Shown: positions 17,201-26,276, numbered from the stretch's first letter. The stretch is 64,000 nt of DNA from Bacillota bacterium (GCA_023412665.1 JAEZCA010000068.1:3651-67650); one strand, 5' to 3'. Translations and numbers: made by a program. Notes: generated by a model from the letters alone, not told the origin.

Positions 17201-17761
17201 ATCAATATCCTCGTATTTGATACTGAAGTTTACTCCAATACCGGCGGCCAGTCTTCAAAGTCAACGCCTACAGGTGCTGTTGCTCAGTTTGCAGCATCCG
17301 GTAAGAGGACAAAGAAGAAGGACCTTGGTATGATTGCTATGTCATACGGCTATGTATATGTAGCACAGGTAGCACAGGGAGCAAACCAAAATCAGCTCTT
17401 AAAGGCGATGCTGGAAGCAGAGAAATACAAAGGGCCATCAATTATCATCGCATACGCTCCGTGCATAAACCATGGACTGAAGCTTGGAATGGGCCAATCC
17501 CAGCTCGAAGAAAAGAATGCGGTTGAAGCAGGCTACTGGCACCTTTACAGGTACAACCCAATGCTCAAGGAAGAAGGTAAGAACCCGTTCATACTTGATT
17601 CCAAAGAGCCAACAGCTTCCTATAAGGACTTCATAATGAGCGAAGTAAGGTACTCGTCACTGACAAGGACGTTCCCTGAAAAAGCAGAGATGTTGTTTAT
17701 TGAGGCTGAAAAGGATGCAAAGGAACGCTATGAGAACTACAAAAGGCTTGCTAATGGTTAA
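14237..17761 (+). CDS. nifJ: Pyruvate:ferredoxin (flavodoxin) oxidoreductase
   Basis: 1174 aa. MKTMDGNTAASHIAYAF N-terminus. Two CxxCxxCxxxCP ferredoxin motifs (CIQCNQCAYVCP, CAGCGSCANVCP). TPP motif GGDGWAYDIGFGGLDH. Confidence 0.95.
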   Translation: MGKNMKTMDGNTAASHIAYAFTDVAGIYPITPSSVMAERVDEWSANGKKNIFGQEVRVVEMQSEAGAAGTVHGSLTAGALTTTFTASQGLLLMIPNLYKIAGELLPGVFHVSARALASHALSIFGDHSDVMACRQTGAALLAEGSVQEVMDLAAVAHLSAIKGRVPFINFFDGFRTSHELQKIEAIEYEDLAKLLDYDAVKKFRKSALNPERPAVRGTAQNPDIFFQAREASNSYYDALPAIVEDYMNKISELTGRKYGLFNYYGAPDADRIIIAMGSVTETIDETIDYLMAAGEKVGVVKVHLYRPFSVKHLLKVIPDTVKKIAVLDRTKEPGALGEPLYQDVCTALLESGKLCTIVAGRYGLGSKDTTPAQIVAVYKNLNSETPKNHFTIGIVDDVTNLSLPMGEELDTAAEGTVSCKFWGLGSDGTVGANKNSIKIIGDHTDMYAQAYFSYDSKKSGGVTISHLRFGKKPIRSTYLINKADFVACHNPSYIGKYDMVSDLKDNGTFLLNCNWTPEELDEKLPADMKRFIAKHNIKLYIIDGVSIGKEIGLGNRINMIMQSAFFKLANIIPLEDAVKYMKDAILKTYGKKGEKIVNMNYLAVDKGIGALQKIEIPANWGSAVDEAAASKDVPEFISKILDPMNRQMGDKLPVSAFTGMEDGTFPNGTSRYEKRGIAVDVPEWQIENCIQCNQCAYVCPHAAIRPFLLDENEIKNAPEGFESKKAIGKGLEGLNFRIQVSVLDCAGCGSCANVCPSKEKSLIMKPIETQYEQAKNFEYAATIEPKNPIGVATVKGSQFQEPLLEFSGACAGCGETPYAKLMTQLFGDRMMIANATGCSSIWGGSAPSMPYCANKKGCGPSWANSLFEDNAEFGYGMYLAVKQIRSKIADNCNKLLEKALPEDVKAAVGSWLENMDDGDGSKQASADLKAALEGFSAKADADTKVLIDDILENSEFLIKKSQWILGGDGWAYDIGFGGLDHVLASNEDINILVFDTEVYSNTGGQSSKSTPTGAVAQFAASGKRTKKKDLGMIAMSYGYVYVAQVAQGANQNQLLKAMLEAEKYKGPSIIIAYAPCINHGLKLGMGQSQLEEKNAVEAGYWHLYRYNPMLKEEGKNPFILDSKEPTASYKDFIMSEVRYSSLTRTFPEKAEMLFIEAEKDAKERYENYKRLANG

Positions 17762-17789
17762 GCAATAAAAATAATCGGTGTAATGCTTT

Positions 17790-17826
17790 CCGGCGGATGG
17801 TCATAACTGGCTGTCCGCCGGTTTTG
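17790..17826 (+). terminator. Rho-independent terminator of nifJ
   Basis: CCGGCGGA ... TCCGCCGG followed by TTTTGTTG. Confidence 0.7.
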
Positions 17827-17930
17827 TTGTGCGCGTTTCTTCTAGAAAGACTTCTGAAGGCATATAATTTATTGTTTCGCAACAATACGGAGTTATTGCT
17901 CCTGCAGCAGATATGACCGGAGGAATTGCC

Positions 17931-18920
17931 ATGCAGGGAATTGAAAGAGAAATCGAAAGCAACTATAGCCTGGATGTCAGCAATATGTTTGCCCACAAGG
18001 ACGCATTCATTGTTGTGACACCCAAAGGGCGCAAGATAGTCAGAAGGATCCCGTTTTCATACGAGCGGCTGAAATTCGTACACGGCGCGAAAGAGCACCT
18101 TGCGGCAAACGGGTTTCCCTGCATAGATTCCTATATGCTGACAATATCAGGCGATCCCGGCTTTTACCACAATAACTGCCTTTATGCATTGACAGACTTT
18201 ATAGAGGGCCGTGAAAGCAGCTTTGACAGCGATGCTGACCTGGTCAGAGCTGCCGTCGCGCTTGCCGGGCTGCACAATGCTTCAGCCGGGTATATTGCTC
18301 CTGATGACTGCAAAATCCAGAATGAGTTAGGCAAGCTGCCGGGTTATTTTTCAAAGCGCCTGGACGATATTAAGAAGATGCGCAAGCAGGCAAAAAAGGG
18401 GAAGAGTCGGTTTGACCAGCTATTCATCCAATATGCGGATCATTTTATCAGCATGGGAGAAACAGCGTCAAAAGAGCTTGCTGCCTCAGCCTATGGTATA
18501 TTGGCCTCGAGGACGTTGGAGGAAAAATCGTTCTGCCACCATGACTATACTCATCACAATATCGTAATGGATGGAGGACATGTAACAATCATAAATTTTG
18601 ATTACTGCTGCTATGAACTGAGGGTGTACGATATAGCAAATCTGATCAGACGCAAAATGCGGAAGTGTGACTGGGACATATCAAAGATCGGACTCATCAT
18701 TCAGTCGTACAGCAGTGTGGCACCCTTGAGCATAGAAGAGCTGGAGGTCATGAAAATAATCCTTCAGTTCCCGCAGAAGCTCTGGCGTGTAGTGAACAGA
18801 TACTACAACAGCAGGCGCAGCTGGTCAGAGAAGAGCTATGTGAGCAGGCTTCTGGAGGTCATCAACGAAATAGAGCCGTTTGAGGCATTTGTCAAAGTAT
18901 ACGAAAGGACATATCTATAA
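17931..18920 (+). CDS. CotS-family spore coat protein / phosphotransferase-fold kinase
   Basis: ATG 17931 lies 8 nt after GGAGG. FCHHDYTHHNIV is the Brenner/APH catalytic-loop motif. IINFDYC is the DFG-like motif. Confidence 0.75.
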   Translation: MQGIEREIESNYSLDVSNMFAHKDAFIVVTPKGRKIVRRIPFSYERLKFVHGAKEHLAANGFPCIDSYMLTISGDPGFYHNNCLYALTDFIEGRESSFDSDADLVRAAVALAGLHNASAGYIAPDDCKIQNELGKLPGYFSKRLDDIKKMRKQAKKGKSRFDQLFIQYADHFISMGETASKELAASAYGILASRTLEEKSFCHHDYTHHNIVMDGGHVTIINFDYCCYELRVYDIANLIRRKMRKCDWDISKIGLIIQSYSSVAPLSIEELEVMKIILQFPQKLWRVVNRYYNSRRSWSEKSYVSRLLEVINEIEPFEAFVKVYERTYL

Positions 18921-19048
18921 CGAGGCGAAAAAAGTCTCCCGCCTCGTTGAAACACTGCCGGGGTAAGAAAATTTTTCTACAACCGAAAAATTTTCTTTGA
19001 ATTGAAGTGTTATAACGAGGCGGTAGAAGTCTCCCGCCTCGTCTTATA
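18916..19048 (+). repeat. Modular palindromic intergenic repeat, copy B (twin-hairpin short form)
   Basis: TATAACGAGGCG-N12-CGCCTCGTT, then the GAAACACTG...AAGAAAATTTTTC-N7-GAAAAATTTTCTT...AAGTGT module, then TATAACGAGGCG-N12-CGCCTCGTCTTATA. Starts inside the cotS-like stop codon and fills the convergent gap to fhs. Confidence 0.75.
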
Positions 19049-19057
19049 CTGTGTTTA

Positions 19058-20728
19058 TCAGAACAGCCCTGCTATGATGCCTGCTTCATCAATATCTATT
19101 TTTTCTGCAGCCGGCACTCTGGGCAATCCCGGCATGGTCATGATCTCGCCTGTAAGGGCTATTATAAAGCCCGCTCCTGCAGAGACCTTTATCTCGCGTA
19201 CATTTATTTCAAAATTCTCGGGTCTGCCGAGCATATTGGGATTATCGGAAAGCGAATACTGGGTCTTGGCCATGCAGATCGGCAATCCGCAGAGTCCCAT
19301 TTCCTCGAGCTTCTTGATCATTTTATCCGCCGAGGGTGAGTATACCACTGCCCGTGCTCCGTAGATCTCCTTTGCTATCTTTTCAATCTTTTCCTTCACT
19401 GGCGCATTTACATCATACAACAGCTTGAATTGAGAAGGGGTTTTCTTTATCAGGCTGACCAGCTTTTCAGCAAGCTCTCTGCCGCCTTCGCCCCCCTTTG
19501 CAAATACCTGTGAAAATGCAACTTCGGTATTGCAGCTGCGGCATCTGTCTCTGACATATTCCACTTCATCAGCGGTATCTGTATCAAAATGGTTTATTGC
19601 AACAATTACCGGCACACCGTATTTGTTTAAATTCTCGATATGCTTCTCAAGGTTTGAAAAGCCCTTCTTCAGTGCAGACAGATCCTCATGCTTGAGATTT
19701 TCTTTTCGGACGCCGCCGTTGTATTTCAGAGCCCTGATAGTGGCTACCAGTACAACCGCGTCAGGCTTGAAGCCAGCGTATCTGCACTTTATATCAAAGA
19801 ACTTCTCCGCACCCAGATCGGCTCCGAACCCGGCCTCCGTGATTACATAATCAGCCAGCTTCAGAGCCAGCTTGGTGGCGTTTACACTGTTGCAGCCATG
19901 GGCTATATTGGCGAAGGGACCGCCATGCATCAGCGCTGGTGTGTTTTCAAGTGTCTGTATCAAATTGGGCTTTATAGCATCCTTCAGCAGCAGAGTCATT
20001 GCGCCTTCCACCTTTAACTGCGCTGCAGTGACCGGAGCACCCGAGTAGTTGTAACCGATTATTATCCGGCCCAGCCTCTGCTTCAGGTCTGTAATATCGC
20101 TTGCAAGACATAGAATGGCCATTACTTCTGAAGCTACGGTTATTACAAAGCCGTCCTCCCTTGGTGTTCCGTTGGCTTTTCCGCCGAGGCCGACCACAAT
20201 GTTCCTCAGGGCTCTGTCGTTCATATCCATGGCCCTTTTCCAGGCTATCTGCCTTGGGTCTATGCCCAGTTCATTGCCTTGTTGAATGTGGTTATCTATT
20301 ACAGCCGACAAAAGGTTGTTTGCTGCGGTAATAGCATGCATATCGCCTGTGAAGTGCAGGTTTATGTCCTCCATGGGCACGACCTGTGAATAGCCGCCAC
20401 CTGCAGCTCCTCCCTTTACGCCCATTACAGGTCCCAGAGACGGTTCTCTGAGTGCAATTATTGCTTTCTCTCCGATTGCTGCCATAGCCTGTCCAAGCCC
20501 GACTGTCGTGGTAGTCTTGCCCTCGCCGGCAGGAGTTGGATTTATGGCAGTGACCAGTATGAGCTTTCCGTCTTTTCTATCCTTGACCCTATCCCAGAGA
20601 GAGGGGGAAAGCTTTGCCTTGTATTTACCATACAGCTCTAATTCTTCTGCGTCTATTCCCAGTCCTTCGGCTATCTCCATAATCGGCGTCATTGTGCACT
20701 GCTGTGCTATTTCTATGTCTGTCAGCAT
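19058..20728 (-). CDS. fhs: Formate--tetrahydrofolate ligase
   Basis: MLTDIEIAQ start (ATG 20728, GAAAGG Shine-Dalgarno). [16 protein letters not shown]-loop. About 556 aa. Confidence 0.95.
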   Translation of the reverse strand: MLTDIEIAQQCTMTPIMEIAEGLGIDAEELELYGKYKAKLSPSLWDRVKDRKDGKLILVTAINPTPAGEGKTTTTVGLGQAMAAIGEKAIIALREPSLGPVMGVKGGAAGGGYSQVVPMEDINLHFTGDMHAITAANNLLSAVIDNHIQQGNELGIDPRQIAWKRAMDMNDRALRNIVVGLGGKANGTPREDGFVITVASEVMAILCLASDITDLKQRLGRIIIGYNYSGAPVTAAQLKVEGAMTLLLKDAIKPNLIQTLENTPALMHGGPFANIAHGCNSVNATKLALKLADYVITEAGFGADLGAEKFFDIKCRYAGFKPDAVVLVATIRALKYNGGVRKENLKHEDLSALKKGFSNLEKHIENLNKYGVPVIVAINHFDTDTADEVEYVRDRCRSCNTEVAFSQVFAKGGEGGRELAEKLVSLIKKTPSQFKLLYDVNAPVKEKIEKIAKEIYGARAVVYSPSADKMIKKLEEMGLCGLPICMAKTQYSLSDNPNMLGRPENFEINVREIKVSAGAGFIIALTGEIMTMPGLPRVPAAEKIDIDEAGIIAGLF

Positions 20729-20774
20729 TTTAATCAACCTTTCATATAAAATTCGTATGATAAAGCGTATTGTG

Positions 20775-20819
20775 TTTCAATGAGACGAGAGGTGGGAACA
20801 TCTTTCGCCTCGCTATAAT
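20775..20819 (-). repeat. Partial, inverted copy (E) of the intergenic repeat
   Basis: The reverse complement ATTATAGCGAGGCGAAAGATGTTCCCACCTCTCGTCTCATTGAAA matches the left arm, the CCCACCTC core and the CTCATTGAAA junction of copies A, C and D. Confidence 0.5.
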
Positions 20820-20996
20820 TATACCTGCCTGTTTATTACAAGACAATAGAGAACATGAACACATCAGATAATCGGAAAATTGCGCAGTCCTGTTTGGGAT
20901 AAAATCCTTTAACATGTGGGATGAAGTTTACATATAATGAAACAGGAGCTGTTGTCAAATGCAACCACAGATTTGAAAAGCGATGGTGGTGTATTA

Positions 20997-21896
20997 ATGA
21001 GTGATATTAAGGTTGGGGATATTGTCGCTAGAAGGTCATATGGCTACGATATTTTCTTCAAGGTGGTAAATATTACGGAGGTCGGCAATGACAGAATCAT
21101 CACACTTAAGGGGATAAGCTACAGGATAGAAGCGGATGCCCCTGAGTCAGACCTCGAGGTACAGCCGGAGAGCAGAGTGAGGGAATACAGGGACAATTGC
21201 TGCAGGAAGGCAGAGAAGTACAGCGATGACAAAAGGCTGGCACCAAGGTATGCATACTATTCGGCACCTCAAAACAGAGGATTAAGAAAAAAAATGTATT
21301 TTAGAGATACTTCAAATGACAAAACTGAAAGAATGAAGAGACCGGGAAAAGTACTCCATTTAGATGGTGATAAGGAATATCTGGAGAACTGTATAGCAGA
21401 ATATAAGAAGCTCGGTATGGATGTAATCGGGGAATATGTACCTGAAAAAGACCAGCCGCAAAGGGTAGGAGCCCTGCTTGCGGAACACAGGCCCGACATA
21501 TTGGTGCTGACCGGTCACGATGGCTTTATAAAGGGGCAGGACAGCTATAATAATCTGGCCTCATACAGAACATCGAGATATTTTATCGAGGCTGTAAAGC
21601 AAGCCAGAAAGCATAACAATGATATGGACGGATTAGTCATCTTTGCAGGTGCATGCCAATCGCTTTTTGGGGAAATAATCAGTGCCGGCGCTAACTTCGC
21701 CAGTGCTCCCTTCAGAGATCTGATACATGCCCTTGATCCTGTAAGAGTCTGTCAAAAAGTGGCTTTCGCGAGTGTTGACAAGATATTGGATGCAGAAGAT
21801 GTAATAGAAAATACTATAACAGGGAAGACTGGAATCGGTGGGGTGCAAACCAGGGGAAAATACCGGGAGGGATTCCCGATTGAGCCCTACCAATAA
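20997..21896 (+). CDS. yabG: Sporulation-specific protease YabG
   Basis: MSDIKVGDIVARRSYGYDIFFKV matches the YabG N-terminus. ILVLTGHDG and IFAGACQS motifs. Sits upstream of veg as in Bacillus and C. difficile. Confidence 0.85.
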   Translation: MSDIKVGDIVARRSYGYDIFFKVVNITEVGNDRIITLKGISYRIEADAPESDLEVQPESRVREYRDNCCRKAEKYSDDKRLAPRYAYYSAPQNRGLRKKMYFRDTSNDKTERMKRPGKVLHLDGDKEYLENCIAEYKKLGMDVIGEYVPEKDQPQRVGALLAEHRPDILVLTGHDGFIKGQDSYNNLASYRTSRYFIEAVKQARKHNNDMDGLVIFAGACQSLFGEIISAGANFASAPFRDLIHALDPVRVCQKVAFASVDKILDAEDVIENTITGKTGIGGVQTRGKYREGFPIEPYQ

Positions 21897-21926
21897 GTGG
21901 TACATTGAGCTTTTTTAAAAAAACAC

Positions 21927-21956
21927 TTGACATAATCAAATTTCCCTTGTTATAAT
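21927..21956 (+). promoter_or_regulatory. Consensus sigma-A promoter P1 (TTGACA-N18-TGtTATAAT)
   Basis: TTGACA at 21927-21932. TATAAT at 21951-21956 with a TG extended -10. Confidence 0.6.
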
Positions 21957-21968
21957 ATATAAATTTTT

Positions 21969-21997
21969 TTGACAAGCTATATTAATTATGATATAAT
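21969..21997 (+). promoter_or_regulatory. Consensus sigma-A promoter P2 (TTGACA-N17-TGaTATAAT)
   Basis: TTGACA at 21969-21974. TATAAT at 21992-21997 with a TG extended -10. About 28 nt upstream of the veg ATG. Confidence 0.65.
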
Positions 21998-22024
21998 GAT
22001 TAAAACAGAAGATGAGGTGATTCA

Positions 22025-22291
22025 ATGGCCGAAAAGAGTGACCTGTTTCAAATAAAGAAGAACATTGAGACCTGCATTGGCGAAAAAGTTCAATTAAAAG
22101 CTAATAAAGGCAGGAAAAAGGCTTTTATTAAAGAGGGAGTAATCGAGAACTCATATCCCAGCATCTTCATCATCAAGTTTGAAAACGAATACGAGACAAC
22201 AAGAAGAGTTTCCTACAGTTATACGGACGTACTTACCAAAGCAGTAGAGCTGGTTATTTGCAAAGATGACAAACGTATTCTTGTAAGCTGA
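22025..22291 (+). CDS. veg: Veg protein
   Basis: 88 aa. ...LKANKGRKK...YPSIFIIKF...RVSYSYTDVLTKAVEL is close to B. subtilis Veg. Confidence 0.9.
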   Translation: MAEKSDLFQIKKNIETCIGEKVQLKANKGRKKAFIKEGVIENSYPSIFIIKFENEYETTRRVSYSYTDVLTKAVELVICKDDKRILVS

Positions 22292-22323
22292 CACGGTGAT
22301 AAAGACTAGATGAAAACAGCCTT

Positions 22324-22356
22324 AAAACGGCCCGATCAAACGATCGGGCCGTTTTC
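22324..22356 (+). terminator. Rho-independent terminator of veg
   Basis: AAAACGGCCCGATC-AAAC-GATCGGGCCGTTTT. Confidence 0.75.
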
Positions 22357-22461
22357 GCTTCAATCGGGGGGGAGATTGTTTTTTCAGTAATAATTGCAGG
22401 GTCTTGTCAATATACATTTAGAGAGGATATTGCATGCTGTCATGCGGGGGGAGGATATCAA

Positions 22462-24027
22462 ATGTCTCTTGAATTGTTAAAAGAGGCCGTAAGGCTTAAT
22501 AGACCCATAGGTGAGGATTCTACGCAAACCATTGTTGAAAATGATATCATAGTGCCGGATATAAAGCCGGACATTGCGCGCATATTGCTGCTGGACGGTG
22601 ATGCCTGGATAAGCGGTGCCGAGACTGCCGCGGGCAAGGTATTGATCAATGGCATGGTCAGATACAAGATACTGTATGTTTCCGATGATCCTGACCAGCC
22701 TGTAAAAAGCATAACAACCTCTACGGGATTCCAGTATCCGATGGATGTACCCGAAACAAGGCAGGGTATGCAGTGCAGGGTCAAATGTGATATTGAACAT
22801 ATGGAATATGAAATACTAAACAGCAGAAAGGTCAATGTAAAGGCTATCGTCAGTCTGTTTGCCAGAGTCTCGGAACAGCTCGAGCAATACATTACCAGGG
22901 ATTTCGACGGATCAGACGGTATACAGATACTCAGAAATACAATAAATATCAATTCTTATATCGGCGATAGCAAAGCAGAATGCCCTGTGAGGGAGTTAGT
23001 CGATATACCTGCCGGAAAGCCCGCTATTCTTGAAATACTGAGAAATGATGTAAAAATATCCGGCAAGGAATATAAAGCGGGTGATGACAAGATTATCGTA
23101 AAGGGCGGGCTTAATATCTCCACATTGTATATAGGCGATGATGAGAGCCGGAGCATACAGTTCATGGAGCATGAGATTCCCTTTGCCCAGCTGTTGGATA
23201 TGCCCGGAGCTGATGACAGTTGTTCCTGTGATGTGGATATAGCACTGGGTGAAGTATCCTTTGAGGCGGATGAGGATGGCGATGGTGAGCTCAGGAAGCT
23301 TAAATGTGAGGTCGATCTCGGTATTTATGCCCAGAGCTTTGGAAGAAGAGATATAGAAATTGTTGATGACGTATACAATCCTAATACAAGAGTAAGTATA
23401 GAGAAGGAGCAGCTTGTGCTGGAGGAACTTGTTTCAGAGAATGAAAGCCAGCTGACACTGAAAGAGAATATAGATTTGGATGAGGGAGATCCTGATATTT
23501 CTGAATTATTTAATGTTATCGGCAAGCTCTCGCTTACCTCCAGTGAGATCATGGATGACCGAATAACAGTAGAAGGTGTTGCAGTGTGTAATGTCCTCTA
23601 CCTTGCTGACAATGGTGAAAAGCCGGTGTACTGTGTTGAACGGGAGATCCCCTTCAGACAGGTGCTCGATGCCAAAGGCATAAGAGCCGGCATGTCCCTC
23701 GAGGTGGATATGGATATTGATCACTATAGCTACAGCATACTCAATTCAAGAGATGTTGAGGCACGGCTGCTTATCAGCCTAAAGACCAGGGTCAGCAGAC
23801 AGCTTGCCGTGCCTGTGATCGCCAAAGCAGCGGAGCAGCCCCTTGATGAAAAAAGGTCGGCGCGCCAATCCAGTGTTACTATTTATTTCACTCAGCCTGA
23901 TGATACTCTCTGGAAGATTGCAAAGCGATACTATACAACAGTCAGCGAGCTTGTCAACAGCAATGCTATCGATGAGAACGAAGCCCTTGTGCCGGGGAGC
24001 CAGATCATTATACTGAAGAGGGCTTAA
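22462..24027 (+). CDS. sipL: DUF3794-repeat protein with C-terminal LysM domain (SipL-like spore morphogenetic protein)
   Basis: 521 aa. Repeated V.E.IVPD.KPDI-type modules. C-terminal LysM (VTIYFTQPDDTLWKIAKRYYTTVSELVNSNAI). The yabG-veg-X-ispE order matches the C. difficile sipL locus (recalled from memory). Confidence 0.65.
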   Translation: MSLELLKEAVRLNRPIGEDSTQTIVENDIIVPDIKPDIARILLLDGDAWISGAETAAGKVLINGMVRYKILYVSDDPDQPVKSITTSTGFQYPMDVPETRQGMQCRVKCDIEHMEYEILNSRKVNVKAIVSLFARVSEQLEQYITRDFDGSDGIQILRNTININSYIGDSKAECPVRELVDIPAGKPAILEILRNDVKISGKEYKAGDDKIIVKGGLNISTLYIGDDESRSIQFMEHEIPFAQLLDMPGADDSCSCDVDIALGEVSFEADEDGDGELRKLKCEVDLGIYAQSFGRRDIEIVDDVYNPNTRVSIEKEQLVLEELVSENESQLTLKENIDLDEGDPDISELFNVIGKLSLTSSEIMDDRITVEGVAVCNVLYLADNGEKPVYCVEREIPFRQVLDAKGIRAGMSLEVDMDIDHYSYSILNSRDVEARLLISLKTRVSRQLAVPVIAKAAEQPLDEKRSARQSSVTIYFTQPDDTLWKIAKRYYTTVSELVNSNAIDENEALVPGSQIIILKRA

Positions 24028-24188
24028 ATAAAGCTGATATATAGAAAATTATTCATGAGGGTTATGTATATATTTTTCATGTTAAAATTTTTACAAGTGT
24101 CCGAGAATACGATTTCGGGCACTTTTTATTGTAAATGGAATGTTCTTTGTATATAATATACCATAAACGTATTACACTGAGGCTGACG

Positions 24189-25049
24189 ATGAATTACCTG
24201 GAAATACCGGCCTATGCAAAAATCAATATTTCACTGGATGTCCTTCGCAAAAGGGAGGACGGTTATCATGAACTCAGAATGATAATGCAGACTTTGGAGC
24301 TTCATGATACCGTGTGCATGGAAGCGGCCGGAGAGGGTATCAGTCTGGAATGCGGCAGCAAATGGGTGCCGGAGGACTGTACAAATACGGCCTGGAAAGC
24401 GGCGGACCTGATGAAGCGCTGCTTTGGAATCAAAGATGGACTAAGGATAAGGATAATAAAACGGATACCGGTGGCTGCTGGCCTTGCGGGAGGCAGTTCT
24501 GATGCTGCAGCTATACTCAGGGGCATTAATGATATGTTTGAACTGGGCCTTGGACACGATGAACTGAGAAAGCTGGGGAGACAGATAGGGGCAGATGTGC
24601 CATACTGCATCGAAGGAGGGACACGGCTGGCTGAAGGGATCGGTGAGATCCTGACAGAGCTGCCGTCCTTTGACGGAGTTGATGTGGTACTAGTAAAGCC
24701 CGATATAAGCGTATCGACACCGTGGGTATATAAGAATCTCAGGCTGACGGGAATAACGGAGCATGACAGGCCTGATACAGATCTGCTTGTGGAGGCACTT
24801 AAGCAAAAAGATATCAAGTCAGTTGCCTGCAACATGAAAAATGTGCTGGAGCTTGTGACGATCGGCAGGTATGATATTGTCGGGAAGGTTAAGAGGCAAA
24901 TGGCAGAATCGGGCGCTGCGGGCAGCATGATGAGCGGGAGCGGTCCTACAGTGTTCGGACTGTTTATGGACACCGGCGCTGCAAAGGATGCGTATAGTAC
25001 TCTTTCATCCATAACCGGCTGGCAGTGTATTATCACAAGAACGATTTGA
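24189..25049 (+). CDS. ispE: 4-diphosphocytidyl-2-C-methyl-D-erythritol kinase
   Basis: ORF 24135..25049; start at MNYLEIPAYAKINISLDV. KRIPVAAGLAGGSSDAAA is the GHMP motif. Confidence 0.9.
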   Translation: MNYLEIPAYAKINISLDVLRKREDGYHELRMIMQTLELHDTVCMEAAGEGISLECGSKWVPEDCTNTAWKAADLMKRCFGIKDGLRIRIIKRIPVAAGLAGGSSDAAAILRGINDMFELGLGHDELRKLGRQIGADVPYCIEGGTRLAEGIGEILTELPSFDGVDVVLVKPDISVSTPWVYKNLRLTGITEHDRPDTDLLVEALKQKDIKSVACNMKNVLELVTIGRYDIVGKVKRQMAESGAAGSMMSGSGPTVFGLFMDTGAAKDAYSTLSSITGWQCIITRTI

Positions 25050-25093
25050 ACTGAATGAAAAAACGAGTTTATTATAAAGGAGATGTACAGTTA

Positions 25094-25780
25094 ATGGCGG
25101 GGAAGCTTACGAAAGTAAATCTAAACGACTATAAGCCGCTAAGGGATGTAATTTTTGACACACTTAGAGAAGCCATAATCGTCGGCGAGCTTAAGCCGGG
25201 TGAAAGACTTATGGAGGTCAAGCTTGCGCAGAAGATGGGAGTGAGCAGGACACCTGTTCGTGAAGCAATCAGGAAGCTTGAGCTTGAGGGTCTTGTTGAG
25301 ATGCTGCCAAGAAAGGGAGCTCATATTGCCGATCTTTCCATCAAGGACATAATGGATGTGCTTGAGGTCCGTGCGACGCTGGATGGACTGGCGTCTTCGT
25401 TGTCGGCATCGCGCATAAGCGACGATGAGATAAAGGAGCTCAAGCATGTGCATAGTCAGTTCGTCAATTATGTTGAGAAGGAAAATCTTCAGGGATCTAT
25501 CAAGAAGGACGTGGAGTTCCATGATATAATATACCGTTCATCAAGGAATGACAAGCTCATACAGATATCAAACAACCTCAGGGAGCAGATACAGAGGTTC
25601 AGGGTCATTTATATCAAGGATTACAGCAGTACCAGGGAGCTCATAAAGGAGCATATTGAGATCATAGATGCAATAACCGCCAGAGATTCCGCTGCTGCGA
25701 TGAGGTCTGCGCAATCACATATAAAGAAGCAGGAGGAAGCCATCACCAGGTCGGTAAAGAAGAACCGGATACCTGAATAA
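25094..25780 (+). CDS. GntR-family (FadR/FCD subfamily) transcriptional regulator
   Basis: GERLMEVKLAQKMGVSRTPVREAIRKLELEGLV winged HTH, followed by an all-helical FCD-like C-terminal domain. ATG 25094 follows AAAGGAG. Confidence 0.85.
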   Translation: MAGKLTKVNLNDYKPLRDVIFDTLREAIIVGELKPGERLMEVKLAQKMGVSRTPVREAIRKLELEGLVEMLPRKGAHIADLSIKDIMDVLEVRATLDGLASSLSASRISDDEIKELKHVHSQFVNYVEKENLQGSIKKDVEFHDIIYRSSRNDKLIQISNNLREQIQRFRVIYIKDYSSTRELIKEHIEIIDAITARDSAAAMRSAQSHIKKQEEAITRSVKKNRIPE

Positions 25781-25844
25781 AGCATCATACATGTGCCCGG
25801 CACAGAGCGGGACCGGAATGATCCAGCCCTGCTGACGGAAGCTT

Positions 25845-26051
25845 TTACTGCATGACCTCGTAGCCCAATTCCGCTATTTTTTTACTGATATCGCCGGGTT
25901 TGCGGAGATCGGGATCGAAGGATACTGTTACCGACTGTGCTTTCAGATCCACACCGACATCTTTGATTCCCTCCATTCCCCCCAGTTCGCGCTTTATACG
26001 GCCGGAGCATATGCTGCAGGTAATCGAAGGGACTGTAAAGGTTGCTTCCAT
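25845..26051 (-). CDS. Heavy-metal-associated (CopZ-like) metallochaperone
   Basis: 68 aa. TCSICS is a CxxC motif in a beta-alpha-beta-beta-alpha-beta sized protein. No P-type ATPase lies nearby. Confidence 0.8.
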   Translation of the reverse strand: MEATFTVPSITCSICSGRIKRELGGMEGIKDVGVDLKAQSVTVSFDPDLRKPGDISKKIAELGYEVMQ

Positions 26052-26082
26052 AAAATCCTCCAGAGAAAATTATTTTAACAGT

Positions 26083-26208
26083 ATTGTTTGCATTTTTTTA
26101 TAAAAAAGAACGTGAAAAAGCAGGAAAATTCTCCTCCAAATATATTTTTATTTTATACTGCAGTGTTTTAAAACATTTGAAGGTATTCAACGTATAATTG
26201 TTTGCATT
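26083..26208. promoter_or_regulatory. Two exact copies of the 12-mer ATTGTTTGCATT in the copZ-like / AAA ATPase divergent region
   Basis: Copies at 26083-26094 and 26197-26208, same orientation. The second overlaps a TATAAT at 26193-26198. Confidence 0.35.
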
Positions 26209-26276
26209 GTATTTTTACAGCCGGAAATAATTACAAAGGAGCCGGCCCGGCAAACAGCAAAACAGGAGGGATTATT

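Noticed and set aside
25845-26051. CopZ-like gene as part of a copper-resistance operon
   Set aside because: No CopA-type ATPase or CsoR/CopY regulator is adjacent. It appears to be a stand-alone metallochaperone, so no system-level claim is made.
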